Notes under the pieces: generated by a model
Told to the model about the DNA's origin: nothing
Databases searched by the model: none
The model's input: the letters and a program-made list of their open reading frames with translations, nothing else
Shown: piece by piece, positions 19,600 to 30,284 of the stretch
How the letters are laid out: each line of letters begins with the position of its first letter
How positions within the stretch are numbered: the first letter of the stretch is position 1
Made by a program: the position numbers and the translations under genes
From: a virus
IMG/VR virus record: IMGVR_UViG_3300021961_000042
Coordinates: 41,564 to 105,563 of that record
Direction: 5' to 3' (one strand)
Length of the DNA stretch: 64,000 bases

Positions 19600-21216
19600 A
19601 TGGCAGATTTAAGATTTCAAGGTTGTTGTTATGACGCTTATCAATATGTGACGGACGATACCGCTTGGGTAGCGACTGGTGGTACTGCAACAACAGGTTT
19701 AACATATCATTTTTCGGGAGACCCTATTGTACCTGATGGGTGTTATACTATTGTATCGGCTTTTACTTCAGGGTTTACTGCAACAACATTTACAAATTTA
19801 GATGGAACTTATACTTTACAAACCGATTGTTCAGATACGTTATGTGCTACTGGTGATTGTTGTAGTAATGAAGTTTGTATTTCGATAAACTTTAGTGGAT
19901 ACACAGCAATAACCGGAAATTATAATGTTTCTGGATATAATAATGGATATCCATTTTGGACAGGAGGAACAAATCCGGGTTACCTTTTTTATGATAACAC
20001 TAAATGGTGTTTATCTACAGGACTTACAGGTAATTGTTTTTTTTATGGATCACAACCAACAACACAAACTTGTCCTGATTTAGACTCAACAATTTTAAAC
20101 AATGGTGTTTGTCCTTCAGGATCTACACCATCTGACCCATGTTCATTATTAGATTTTGATATTTTATTGGAATGTGAAATACCAACACCTACACCAACAC
20201 CTACACCCACACCCACTCCTACACCCACTCCTACACCCACACCAACTCCAAACCTATGCTCAGGTTTTACGGTTTCCATTTCAATATCAGGATCACCAGC
20301 ACCTTTACCCCCACCCACACCTACACCTACACCCACACCAACCATGTATCCAATTTTATCATCGGTTACTTACGTAGTGGATAGTGGGTTATTTGATTGT
20401 GCAAATGTTAAGCAATTAGTAGACTGTGATACAGGTTTAAGTTATTATGTAACAGGACCTATAACATTTTCAGGATCAGGAGTTACAACAGGGACAACAT
20501 TTTTGGCGGTTATTAATGGAACTTATAAATGCGTGACATACCAAAATGATATATTTGGTAGTGTTTCAAATTATTTGAATTCAGTTCAAGCCATTTATAT
20601 ATCGGGATGTACGTCTTGTATTGCACCTACACCCACACCAACCGCAACACCTACACCTACACCTACTCCGACACCTACTCCGACACCTACACCTACTCCG
20701 ACATTTCCGGTAAATGCTCAATTTATATTTACATCTTGTACAAATAACAGTATGATCATTCAATACACATATCCAGGATCTACTGTTGATGTTGGAGATG
20801 TTTTAAAATCTTCTTCAGGTAGTTGTTATACCTATATTGGTAACTTTGTTGGTTATACGCCACCTGCTGGGTTTATATGGTCACAACAAGAGGTATTTAC
20901 AGGTACTTCTTTTACGGTGTTTAAATCATGTGAGGCATGTTTGTTACCAACACCAACACCAACACCGACAGTCACTTCTTGGAATGTAAAGGGCGAATTT
21001 AGTTTGAATTGTCCTGTTTGTGAATTAACAAATGGAGGTACAACACAAACAATATACGCTGACGGATTATTGTTAGAAGATGGTGTTTATGTTTATGAAG
21101 ATGTTGGATTAACAATTCCGGTATTTGTAACCTACATAAAATACGGAACCAAAATATTTGAGGTGAGTTCAACAGGGTTATTAACTGAATATTGTAATGT
21201 AAACGGAAATTGTTAA
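19600..21216 (+). CDS. Cys-rich virion appendage protein with four Pro-Thr linkers
   Basis: Small Cys-rich domains separated by (PT)n runs; TATTTATA upstream. Confidence 0.6.
   Translation: MADLRFQGCCYDAYQYVTDDTAWVATGGTATTGLTYHFSGDPIVPDGCYTIVSAFTSGFTATTFTNLDGTYTLQTDCSDTLCATGDCCSNEVCISINFSGYTAITGNYNVSGYNNGYPFWTGGTNPGYLFYDNTKWCLSTGLTGNCFFYGSQPTTQTCPDLDSTILNNGVCPSGSTPSDPCSLLDFDILLECEIPTPTPTPTPTPTPTPTPTPTPTPNLCSGFTVSISISGSPAPLPPPTPTPTPTPTMYPILSSVTYVVDSGLFDCANVKQLVDCDTGLSYYVTGPITFSGSGVTTGTTFLAVINGTYKCVTYQNDIFGSVSNYLNSVQAIYISGCTSCIAPTPTPTATPTPTPTPTPTPTPTPTPTFPVNAQFIFTSCTNNSMIIQYTYPGSTVDVGDVLKSSSGSCYTYIGNFVGYTPPAGFIWSQQEVFTGTSFTVFKSCEACLLPTPTPTPTVTSWNVKGEFSLNCPVCELTNGGTTQTIYADGLLLEDGVYVYEDVGLTIPVFVTYIKYGTKIFEVSSTGLLTEYCNVNGNC
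20181..20973 (+). repeat. Four Pro-Thr coding tracts (~20181-20250, 20305-20343, 20625-20703, 20946-20973)
   Basis: ACACCN/ACTCCN hexamer runs. Confidence 0.85.
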
Positions 21217-21217
21217 T

Positions 21218-21502
21218 ATGGCACAAATTGTAACATTAAATTCAACAACAGGTACATTCCCATTAGATGTTTGGGTATGTGATGGGTGTGTTTCCACATC
21301 TACTTGTTTATATATTGGAACAACATCTTCATTACCTTATAATTTTACATTACCATCTTTTTTTGAAGAAAGTCCATCGTACTCAATAAAAGTTATTGAT
21401 GCAAATGAATGTGAATATTGTTTAACCGACAGTTCATTTAAAGAGTTTATGGATGACGATATTTTTATATTTATGGACGATACACCATATGAATTTCAAT
21501 AA
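21218..21502 (+). CDS. Small tail adaptor-like protein (paralog 3)
   Basis: Same N-terminal pattern; C-terminus FMDDDIFIFMDDTPYEFQ matches 15377. Confidence 0.55.
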   Translation: MAQIVTLNSTTGTFPLDVWVCDGCVSTSTCLYIGTTSSLPYNFTLPSFFEESPSYSIKVIDANECEYCLTDSSFKEFMDDDIFIFMDDTPYEFQ

Positions 21503-21526
21503 ACTTATATATATTATATAAAAGAC

Positions 21527-22387
21527 ATGGCAAAATTAACTGATAAAACATTAGCACAAGCAACAGCAATAACACCAACGACGTTGATACATATTGTGTA
21601 TACAGGAGATCCTTCGCAGAATGCTGCAGGATCTTCGTATAAAGCGGAATTAGGTCAATTAACTACGATATTTGGTAGTGGTGGTAATTATTGGACATCG
21701 GGATCAAGTGGTACAGACTCTGTAGTCATAATAAATTCAAGTGGGGCTGACGCCACCGCAAATAGAGCATTGGCTTGGGGTAATCAAACACTGGCTTCAG
21801 GTTCTGATTCCACCGCTAGCGGATTTCAGACACAAGCGACTGGGTCAACATCGACCGCTCAAGGATATGAAACAATTGCTGGGGGCAGTAGATCACATGC
21901 GGAAGGGTTCCAAACTAGAGCGATAGGAACTAATTCACATGCCGAAGGAAATGCCTGTGAGGCGAATGGAAACACGTCACACGCAGAAGGTTGGGTATGT
22001 TTGGCGAACGGAGATTTTTCACACGCAGAAGGTTGGACAACTACTGCGGATGGAGATAGGTCCCATTCCCAAGGATATCTAACCGTTGCTAGTGGTAATA
22101 AATCACACGCGGGTGGAGATTCCTCAATTGCATCAGGGGAGACATCATTCATTCATTCAACTAATTCATTAGTCACTGGTACAAGAAGTGTATTATTGGG
22201 AGGACAGAATTTAACAGGAACAACAGACGATACCGTTTATGTACCTAATTTTATTATAAAAACATCTTATACACCAACTAGTACCGCTGATGTTGCTGGT
22301 GAACCCGGTTCTATAACATGGGACGATGATAATTTTTATTATAAAACTAATAATGGTTGGTTTATAGTTACAGGATCTACTTTCTAA
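21527..22387 (+). CDS. Second, shorter SHAEG-repeat tail fibre
   Basis: AITPTTLIHIVYTGDPSQNxAGSSYKAELGQL shared with 15686; SHAEG repeats; C-terminal GSITWDDDNFYYKT. Confidence 0.75.
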   Translation: MAKLTDKTLAQATAITPTTLIHIVYTGDPSQNAAGSSYKAELGQLTTIFGSGGNYWTSGSSGTDSVVIINSSGADATANRALAWGNQTLASGSDSTASGFQTQATGSTSTAQGYETIAGGSRSHAEGFQTRAIGTNSHAEGNACEANGNTSHAEGWVCLANGDFSHAEGWTTTADGDRSHSQGYLTVASGNKSHAGGDSSIASGETSFIHSTNSLVTGTRSVLLGGQNLTGTTDDTVYVPNFIIKTSYTPTSTADVAGEPGSITWDDDNFYYKTNNGWFIVTGSTF

Positions 22388-22388
22388 A

Positions 22389-24038
22389 ATGGTTAATTAT
22401 AGTGCAAATACATGTGATATTATTACTTTATACCCTTTAGGTGTTGAGTGTATAGTTACAGACGCATATAGTCCTTTCACTACCGATGGTGCGATTTCAT
22501 TATTTATCACAGGTGGCACTTCACCGTATTATGTTAATTGGTCAAGTGGTTCACAATTACAATCCATATCAAATCTAGCACCAGGAGAATATACGGCAAC
22601 AGTTACAGATTTTTTTGGTGATTTTACCGCAACTACAACATGTGAAGTAGGTTTTGAAACATTTTATATAGAATCTTTTTTTAATTGTAATGATCCTGAA
22701 AGTTATTTATATTACACCGCCGATTTAGAAAATCAAATCACAACAGGAAAAACATATATATTAGCATCTCAAACAGGATGTTGGGTTAGTGACGGATTGG
22801 TTTTGTACACAGGACAAACGTATTATCAATTTACCGCAACAACGACTTCAGGTCCTTTTGATAATTGTACAGAATGTTTACCAGTCACACCTGAATTTGA
22901 AAATACAGAAACACTTTGTTTAAATTCTAAAATTTATACAGCAACACCAACATTACCACCAGTTGTAACAGTTACAAATAATCAATTTCAATTCTACTCT
23001 GCATCAACAATAAATGGGTATCCATCTTGGACAAGTAGTACTAAAACCATTTATTATAATGCAAATTCATTACAGTGGATGGTTTCAGGTTGGACTTTAG
23101 CAGGTCAACCTGTTTTACAATCGAACATATCACCACCTATTGGTATTTGGACGTTTAACGGTGTTAGCGGAACAATAAATGTAACACAAGGATTATGTGA
23201 AGATAATATTGTTTTAAATACTACCCAATCACAAGCAACCTGTAATAATTCAAATAACGGATTAATACAAGTGACATCAGTTGTTGGAGGAATAGCACCA
23301 TATACGTACTCATTAACAAATAACCCATTAGACTACCAAAGCTCACCATTTTTTTTAAATTTAGATACAGGTACATATACAGTTTATGTTAAAGACATTA
23401 TTGGAAATATTGGAAGTAAGTTAGCAACAATCACCCCACAAACATCGGTAGCAAATTATCAAATAACATTAAATTTTGTACCCTCAACACCAACAATAAC
23501 CGACACTCAGTCATATAAAGAAACGACCTTTGATTGGCAAGTTAGCATTCAACCACCATTACCACCTAATAAAACTATTACGTTTGATATTATTCACACA
23601 ACAAATATTTCAGGAGGTACTTATACAACAAGTTCACCAATATTATTACACTCCTCAACAACAGGACAAACAGGTGGAGGTCAATATTTAACAAGTGGAA
23701 TTACAAATAGTTTCAATAACTCAACAACAACTTTTTGTGCTGGGTCAACTAACTTTACTAATTTTAATGTAACTGCAACAACAAGAACATATTCTGCAAA
23801 AATAACAGGACCTGGTACTGTTGGAGGTCAAATATTTAAAAAAATAACAACTAATAATTCTACAGTATGTCCAACAAAGGGAGTTATTAGAGATAGTTTT
23901 TCGGTGATTAATGCAACTATAGTTAATCAAAATGTTTGTGAAACTTTAAACATACCTGCTAACCCAATAACAAATACATTAGATAAAGAAGGACTATTAA
24001 CTGTTGCACCAACCGGTGGTGGAGGTATCGGAGGATAA
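22389..24038 (+). CDS. SprB-repeat-containing structural protein
   Basis: DGAISLFITGGTSPYYVNWS...LAPGEYTATVTD; GGIAPYTYSL...GTYTVYVKD. Confidence 0.6.
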   Translation: MVNYSANTCDIITLYPLGVECIVTDAYSPFTTDGAISLFITGGTSPYYVNWSSGSQLQSISNLAPGEYTATVTDFFGDFTATTTCEVGFETFYIESFFNCNDPESYLYYTADLENQITTGKTYILASQTGCWVSDGLVLYTGQTYYQFTATTTSGPFDNCTECLPVTPEFENTETLCLNSKIYTATPTLPPVVTVTNNQFQFYSASTINGYPSWTSSTKTIYYNANSLQWMVSGWTLAGQPVLQSNISPPIGIWTFNGVSGTINVTQGLCEDNIVLNTTQSQATCNNSNNGLIQVTSVVGGIAPYTYSLTNNPLDYQSSPFFLNLDTGTYTVYVKDIIGNIGSKLATITPQTSVANYQITLNFVPSTPTITDTQSYKETTFDWQVSIQPPLPPNKTITFDIIHTTNISGGTYTTSSPILLHSSTTGQTGGGQYLTSGITNSFNNSTTTFCAGSTNFTNFNVTATTRTYSAKITGPGTVGGQIFKKITTNNSTVCPTKGVIRDSFSVINATIVNQNVCETLNIPANPITNTLDKEGLLTVAPTGGGGIGG

Positions 24039-24070
24039 TAACAAAAAAATAAAATAGATATTTATAACAT

Positions 24071-26263
24071 ATGTCTTATATAAACAAAACAACTGATGGT
24101 TTAGTAAATACAATTCTTACGGATGCGGGAAGAAGAAGATTGTCTCAGGGTAATTTTAATATCTCGTATTTTCAAGTAGGTGATAGTGAGGTTTGTTATA
24201 ATTTTAATGGTGAAAATGTAATTAACACATTTAACGTATTAAGACCACAATACAATTCACAAAATCTTACACCTGTTCCTGAATTTAACAAAATGAATAT
24301 AAAATATCCTATTTTTGTTGATGCAAATTCAGGATCAACATACGGTATACCATATGACGCATCTTTTGTTGATGACATATTTAATTCTGCAGCACCAAGA
24401 GGATTTTTTACAGGATCCACACTATATACTAGTTCTGCATATACTGTAAATCCAAATTTTGTTATTTTAAATAGTAACCTATCTTCAGGAACTGTAATCA
24501 CAATATCAGCAAATACAATTAATGCATCCGTATCAGGAGTTGCAACCCCTGGTATGTTTGTAACTTTATTTAGTACGAACTCAGTAACCCCTTTGAGTGG
24601 CAATTCTTCTATATTCACCTATAAAGTAATTAACATTACTGGTGACACATCATCAGCAACCACAGTTACAATAGAATTAGATAGACAATTACCTGATTTT
24701 TTAAATATGGGTTATTCAGGACAAAGTAGAGTTGTATTTTACCCTTCAGGAATGACTGAATTATATGATTCTATTACTCCCGAACCATATTGGGCGACAA
24801 ACGTATTTAATTTTGAAACAAATTGTGATGTCTCACAAACAGATGTAAAAGTTTGGAACATGAATATTCCTTGGACAGAAAACCCTGCTGGTGTTTTTCC
24901 AACAACAGTCCAAGGTTATTTAAATTATGAATCATCGGGTTATGTTGGTACAAAAGAATATTTAGGTTACAACACAAATACAGGTCAAAAAGATACAAGT
25001 AGTGTATTTTATTATAATTCATTAGGTGAAAAAATCACTGTAAACCCCTCAGAACAAAAAGCAATTGCAATTGTACATTATACAAACCAATCAATAGATA
25101 ATTTTTATGGAGAAAAATTTGCGCAAGAACCTTTTGATGTTGCAAATTCAGGAAATACCGGACAAGCAAGAAATTTAAAAATATCAATACCTTGGTTGAT
25201 GTGGCATAAAAATCCAAACGGAACAATAGGTGAAGATTTTTACACCGACCCTGATGGGTTTTCTTCTCTTAATTTATTAACCCCTTATTATATTAAATCA
25301 TTAAAAAGTGCTGATTTTAACAAACCAGGTATAAGATACTATCACTTATGGGACACCCATGCAAATGTTAATGGATACCCTAATAGAGTTGGTAAAGTTT
25401 TTCCTGATTTAAAAATGATAGTTTTTGATGATGATGAAATTGTTGCAACATTAAATAATAAATCAAACAGATCTTGGACTTTACCGGCACCTAAAGTAGG
25501 GACAATAATTCCTAACGCTTGTGATGGTATATTAGGTCAAGACGAAGGGTTAATAAGTGCAAATACAGAAAGTTTATTTGTAACTTATAGGTTTAATAAC
25601 TCAGCATTTACAAACTCACTTCACTGTAATTATTATACTCAAGTAACGCCAACACTTATCGATCCATCACAAACAACTTATAATGTATTTTTAAAATTTG
25701 GAAACGAGTTTCCGTTTTTAATATCTAATAATAATACAATACCTACAGGTTTTACTGCAAATGAAATGAAAGTGATTGCTCAAAAAGTGGCTTCAGGGCA
25801 AACAAGACCGTTAAGTACTTCTTGGGTTGAAATAGATGTTATGGAACAATTGTCGGCTAAAACAACAAATGGTTTTATAACTCTTAGTGGTTTAACTGGC
25901 ACAACCATACAAATTACAAAAGACATGTATGATAATGGCGTTTCTTATGATTTAAGTGATTATATTAATCTTCCTGTTGTAAATCAAACAGGTTTGACCA
26001 TGAATTTTGGTGGAGAATATTACTTTTTTGGTAACATTCAAACAGATATTGCTGCAACCATATATGTTATGAATTTCCTATGTAATTTAGGTCAAACACA
26101 GTTTTTAAAATCAACAAACCCAACATGGGATAATGTAACACCACCATACATAACAGAGGTTGGACTTTACAATGCCGAAAAAGAACTTATGGTTGTTTCT
26201 AAGATACAATCCCCACAAAAAAGACAAGGGATCCAACAGTATCCGGTTAAACTTGATTTTTAA
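24071..26263 (+). CDS. Baseplate/tail-fibre attachment protein
   Basis: N-terminal ILTDAGRRRLS..F.ISYFQVGDSEV and C-terminal YITEVGLYNxxxELMVVSKxxxP, typical of fibre-collar/baseplate proteins. Confidence 0.55.
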   Translation: MSYINKTTDGLVNTILTDAGRRRLSQGNFNISYFQVGDSEVCYNFNGENVINTFNVLRPQYNSQNLTPVPEFNKMNIKYPIFVDANSGSTYGIPYDASFVDDIFNSAAPRGFFTGSTLYTSSAYTVNPNFVILNSNLSSGTVITISANTINASVSGVATPGMFVTLFSTNSVTPLSGNSSIFTYKVINITGDTSSATTVTIELDRQLPDFLNMGYSGQSRVVFYPSGMTELYDSITPEPYWATNVFNFETNCDVSQTDVKVWNMNIPWTENPAGVFPTTVQGYLNYESSGYVGTKEYLGYNTNTGQKDTSSVFYYNSLGEKITVNPSEQKAIAIVHYTNQSIDNFYGEKFAQEPFDVANSGNTGQARNLKISIPWLMWHKNPNGTIGEDFYTDPDGFSSLNLLTPYYIKSLKSADFNKPGIRYYHLWDTHANVNGYPNRVGKVFPDLKMIVFDDDEIVATLNNKSNRSWTLPAPKVGTIIPNACDGILGQDEGLISANTESLFVTYRFNNSAFTNSLHCNYYTQVTPTLIDPSQTTYNVFLKFGNEFPFLISNNNTIPTGFTANEMKVIAQKVASGQTRPLSTSWVEIDVMEQLSAKTTNGFITLSGLTGTTIQITKDMYDNGVSYDLSDYINLPVVNQTGLTMNFGGEYYFFGNIQTDIAATIYVMNFLCNLGQTQFLKSTNPTWDNVTPPYITEVGLYNAEKELMVVSKIQSPQKRQGIQQYPVKLDF

Positions 26264-26268
26264 TTTTT

Positions 26269-26871
26269 ATGGCAAAAACAGATTTAAAAAACTCCCCAAA
26301 AGTTTTGGGTTTGGACATATCCACCAAAACTATAGGTTGGAGTTTATTTGATATCAAATCACAAGAGTTATTAGAATTAACACATTTCTCACCCATTATT
26401 AAACCAAAAGTTGATGATAAAATACAAGAACTTTTATTAAAAGTTAAAGCTTTTGAAGATAAATTGATAGGGTATCAAAATTTAGGTATTACTAGTGTTG
26501 TGATTGAAGAACCATTACTTAATTCAAATAATGTTTGGACAGTAGGTACACTTTTAAGATACAACTCGATGATTACTAAATCCATTTATGATATTTTAGG
26601 GATAGTGCCAAATTTTATATCAACATATAATTCAAGAAAATTTGCTTGGCCAGATTTAACTCAACAAAACGATAAAGGAAAATACGTTTTATTTGGTGGG
26701 TTACCAAAAGACGTTGATAAAAAAGAATTAATTTGGAAAAGAGTATCCGACAAAGAACCGCAAATCACATGGTTATACACAAAAAATAACACATTAAAAA
26801 AGGAGTGTTATGATATGGCCGATTCTTACACATGTGTTCTTGGTTATATGAAACAAGAAAATATATGGTAA
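26269..26871 (+). CDS. RuvC-like Holliday junction resolvase
   Basis: VLGLDISTKTIGW, VVIEEP, DMADS acidic catalytic set. Confidence 0.75.
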   Translation: MAKTDLKNSPKVLGLDISTKTIGWSLFDIKSQELLELTHFSPIIKPKVDDKIQELLLKVKAFEDKLIGYQNLGITSVVIEEPLLNSNNVWTVGTLLRYNSMITKSIYDILGIVPNFISTYNSRKFAWPDLTQQNDKGKYVLFGGLPKDVDKKELIWKRVSDKEPQITWLYTKNNTLKKECYDMADSYTCVLGYMKQENIW

Positions 26872-26908
26872 TTTTATATTTAACTAATATTTATAAATAA
26901 AAAAGATT

Positions 26909-27532
26909 ATGAAAAAAATAATAAGACTTACGGAAAGGGATTTAACAAGAATAGTTAGAAGAGTATTAAATGAAGAACCAATGACTAATCCTGAAGAAGA
27001 AATGCCAACATTACCAATGCAAGAAATACCTAGTAATATACCTAATAGTATACATTCAGATATCGATGATTTATATGAAAAAAGAGATGAATTGGCTAAA
27101 GAGTTTATGAAGTTGGAACGTAGAAGTGGTGGTTTAATGGGTAGATTGAAAAATAAAGTAGGAGATAAAATGGGTGAGTTGGAAGATAGCGCAAAAGAAG
27201 AAATTGAAGAAATTAGAGTAAATGTATTAATGATACTTGATGACATCAAAAGAAAATTACAATCTTTGAAGTTAAACGCTAAAAAAAGAAAAGAGGAAAG
27301 AATGAATAGAAGACATAAAGAAAGATTAGAAAGAGAAATTGACATATATGAAAAAAGCATTCAAGATATTAAAGATAAAAAAATAATAACTGCTAGAGAT
27401 TTACAAAACTTAAAAGATATTCTATCAATCAGTGGTATATACATAACCATGATCGGAAGTATAATTGCAAGATTTATATACATGCATAATGATGAATCAA
27501 ATTCAGAAATTAATCCTCATCTAAGAGACTAA
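26909..27532 (+). CDS. Coiled-coil protein with LTExDL-type leader and C-terminal hydrophobic segment
   Basis: MKKIIRLTERDLTRIVRRVLNEE; TATTTATA upstream; own terminator. Confidence 0.65.
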   Translation: MKKIIRLTERDLTRIVRRVLNEEPMTNPEEEMPTLPMQEIPSNIPNSIHSDIDDLYEKRDELAKEFMKLERRSGGLMGRLKNKVGDKMGELEDSAKEEIEEIRVNVLMILDDIKRKLQSLKLNAKKRKEERMNRRHKERLEREIDIYEKSIQDIKDKKIITARDLQNLKDILSISGIYITMIGSIIARFIYMHNDESNSEINPHLRD

Positions 27533-27542
27533 ATAATAACTT

Positions 27543-27570
27543 AACCCACCCCAAAAAGGTGGATTTTTTG
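27543..27570 (+). terminator. Intrinsic terminator (copy 1 of a repeated terminator-TTGACA module)
   Basis: CCACC-loop-GGTGG followed by T tract. Confidence 0.75.
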
Positions 27571-27608
27571 TTGTTTGACAATTCCTCCTTATTTCTTATC
27601 TTTTATGT

Positions 27609-28529
27609 ATGAAAGAAGAGTCACTATTAGTTGACCTTATCGAGAATATTTTTGGTGAACCTAAAAACGTAAATGAATATAGTGGTCAAATATCTGTTGA
27701 CTGTCCCGTTTGTTCCTACGAGATAAAAGGTTTATCAAAAACCGATGGTAAGGGAAATTTAGAAATAAATTATATTAATCATGTTTATAAATGTTGGGCG
27801 TGTTCTGAAACACACGACACTCACGGACATTTGGGTAGGTTAATTGAACAATTTGGGTCAAAAAAAGATAAAAAAACATATAATCTCATAAGACCCGATA
27901 AGGTAGAAAAAAAACAAAAAGAATATAAAAAACTTGAACTACCAAAAGAATATAAAAGATTTGAAGAAATACACCCCTTACATTTACCAAGAAAAGAGGC
28001 TTGGAACTATCTAAAAAAAAGAGGAATAACTCAAGAAACAATAGATAAGTATAAAATCGGTTTATGTATTGAAGGTGAGTATGCTGGTCGTATTATTGTC
28101 CCATCATTTAATAAAAAAGGTGAATTAAATTTTTTTGTTTCAAGATCATGGAATCCAAGAGCGAAGTTAAAATACAAAAACCCTGAAGCGGCTAAAGACT
28201 TTCTTATTTTTAATGAAAGTTTAATTGATTGGAAAAAAGACATTTATTTAGTTGAAGGAGTATTTGACTCATTCTTTTTAGATAATTCAATAGCGTTACT
28301 TGGAAAGTATGTGAATGATAATTTATGGGAAAAATTATATGAAAAGGCAAAAAAAGATATAATAGTTTGTTTAGATGGTGACGCATTTAATGATGCTAAA
28401 AATATATATGACAAACTTAATGGAGGGACACTATATGGTAGAGTTAAATTAATGAAACTACCAAAAGATAAAGACGTTTGCGATCTTAGAGGTCAAATAA
28501 ACGAATATATGATACAAGAAAAAGAATGA
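27609..28529 (+). CDS. DNA primase (Zn finger + Toprim)
   Basis: CPVC...CWAC, GRIIVP, LVEGVFD, LDGDA, KDVCD. Confidence 0.85.
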   Translation: MKEESLLVDLIENIFGEPKNVNEYSGQISVDCPVCSYEIKGLSKTDGKGNLEINYINHVYKCWACSETHDTHGHLGRLIEQFGSKKDKKTYNLIRPDKVEKKQKEYKKLELPKEYKRFEEIHPLHLPRKEAWNYLKKRGITQETIDKYKIGLCIEGEYAGRIIVPSFNKKGELNFFVSRSWNPRAKLKYKNPEAAKDFLIFNESLIDWKKDIYLVEGVFDSFFLDNSIALLGKYVNDNLWEKLYEKAKKDIIVCLDGDAFNDAKNIYDKLNGGTLYGRVKLMKLPKDKDVCDLRGQINEYMIQEKE

Positions 28530-29383
28530 ATTTAAAAGAAGTTGCAAAAGAAATAAGAGATATCTTATTAAAAAGACAAAATGAGCTACATTTAACTTTT
28601 GAAGAAGAGAAACATAGATACACCATGAAAGATGTTGATGGAACCATCAGAGATGATTTTCCATCAGTATCGAAAGTAATGAAGTTATTTTATGATGAAT
28701 TTCCTACCGAAGAGGCTGCAAGAAATAAGGCAAAAGGGGACCCATATATTATGCAAACACTACTTGCTGAATGGGACGAGGCTGGTAAAACATCAACAAA
28801 CATGGGAAGTCGTGTTCATTATGAGTTAGAAATTGAAACAATCAAAAGACACGGAATTAAAAAAGAAGTGAGACAACCACTTTATGAGTGTGATATGGAA
28901 ATGATCATGAAAGGTGATCGTATGATTAAGGCCGGATATAAGTTTTTGAAACTAATGGAAGAAAGAGGTGCGGTTTTATTAGATACTGAGATTGTTTTGG
29001 GAGATCCCGAACTTGGTTACACGGGACAACCCGATAAAGTTTGGTTAATGTTTAATAAACAAAGGACGGGTTTTGGAATAGTAATTACCGATTGGAAAAC
29101 TAACAAAAAGAAAAACATGGAAAGTAATGATTACACAAAACCCATGAGAGAACCATTCAAGTTTTTACCAAACACTGCTCTTGGTCACTATAACACACAA
29201 TTACCACTTTATGGTAAATTACTTTTAAAAATGTTAAAAGGTAGTAAATATGAAAACGTACCATTTTATGGTTGTGTTATTGTTCATTTAACTGAAGAAC
29301 AAGAATTTACTGAATATAGAGTTGAAAGAAAAGTAATTGACACCATTATGAACATGGATATTAAACAACGTTTGACAAAATAA
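28526..29383 (+). CDS. PD-(D/E)XK exonuclease
   Basis: PSVS, GSRVH, GQPDK, ITDWKTN, QLPLY. Confidence 0.75.
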   Translation: MNLKEVAKEIRDILLKRQNELHLTFEEEKHRYTMKDVDGTIRDDFPSVSKVMKLFYDEFPTEEAARNKAKGDPYIMQTLLAEWDEAGKTSTNMGSRVHYELEIETIKRHGIKKEVRQPLYECDMEMIMKGDRMIKAGYKFLKLMEERGAVLLDTEIVLGDPELGYTGQPDKVWLMFNKQRTGFGIVITDWKTNKKKNMESNDYTKPMREPFKFLPNTALGHYNTQLPLYGKLLLKMLKGSKYENVPFYGCVIVHLTEEQEFTEYRVERKVIDTIMNMDIKQRLTK

Positions 29384-29411
29384 ATAAAATAAAAAATTTT
29401 AAAAAAAAGAA

Positions 29412-30233
29412 ATGGAAGAAAATATGAAATTGATGAATGGAGATTGTTTAGAACTAATGAAAACAATTCCAAATAATTCGGTAGATTTAATTTGTTGTGA
29501 TTTACCATATGGTACTACTGATAGATATGGCGGTAAAAAAACTAAGTCTAATAGGTTTATGGAATGGGACAATATAATACCATTAGATAAATTATGGGTT
29601 GAGTATAAAAGGATCTTAAAACCAAACGGTGTCGTTTGTTTAACTGCGGACCAACCCTTTACCTCCCAATTAGTGATGTCCAACTTAGATTGGTTTAAAT
29701 ATGAATTTATTTGGAAAAAAAACATAACCACTGGATTTCTTTTGGCTAATTACAGACCTATGAAACAAACCGAGGACGTTCTGATTTTTTCAGAAGGAGG
29801 TGCTTCCGCGGCATCCGCAAAGGCGGGTAATAATATGACCTATAACCCCCAAGGGTTAGAGCCTAAAGTAGTTGTTCGAAAAAATGGTAAAAATAGACTC
29901 GGTAAATTTTTATCTAATGAAGAATTCTTAGGTAAAAATAATTCTTTACTTGGTGATAAAGAATATAGTCAAAAATTTACAAATTACCCTAAAGAGATTA
30001 TAGAATTTGGTATGGATATCGACACTATACACCCAACACAAAAACCAGTCTCTTTAATGGAGTATCTAATAAAAACCTACTCAAATGAAGGGGAAGTTGT
30101 TTTAGATAATGCAATGGGATCGGGGTCTACGGGAGTTGCGTGTATGAACACTAATCGTAAATTTATAGGTATTGAATTAAATGTGGACTATTTTAACTCC
30201 GCTAGTGAAAGAATTAAAAAACTAAAAAAATAA
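29412..30233 (+). CDS. Amino (N6A/N4C) DNA methyltransferase, beta class
   Basis: GDCLE, DLPY, HPTQKP, DNAMGSGSTG, FIGIE. Confidence 0.9.
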   Translation: MEENMKLMNGDCLELMKTIPNNSVDLICCDLPYGTTDRYGGKKTKSNRFMEWDNIIPLDKLWVEYKRILKPNGVVCLTADQPFTSQLVMSNLDWFKYEFIWKKNITTGFLLANYRPMKQTEDVLIFSEGGASAASAKAGNNMTYNPQGLEPKVVVRKNGKNRLGKFLSNEEFLGKNNSLLGDKEYSQKFTNYPKEIIEFGMDIDTIHPTQKPVSLMEYLIKTYSNEGEVVLDNAMGSGSTGVACMNTNRKFIGIELNVDYFNSASERIKKLKK

Positions 30234-30284
30234 TTTTTTAATTAAAAAAAATTATATATTTGTAAAATATAAAAAGATAGAAAG

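Noticed and set aside
14647-20973. Pro-Thr and SHAEG repeats as CRISPR arrays or DGR repeats
   Set aside because: In-frame coding repeats with wobble variation; no spacers, cas genes or reverse transcriptase
26269-29383. RuvC-like and PD-(D/E)XK genes as Cas12/TnpB or Cas4 system
   Set aside because: Sizes and context fit a resolvase and replication exonuclease; no array or transposon ends
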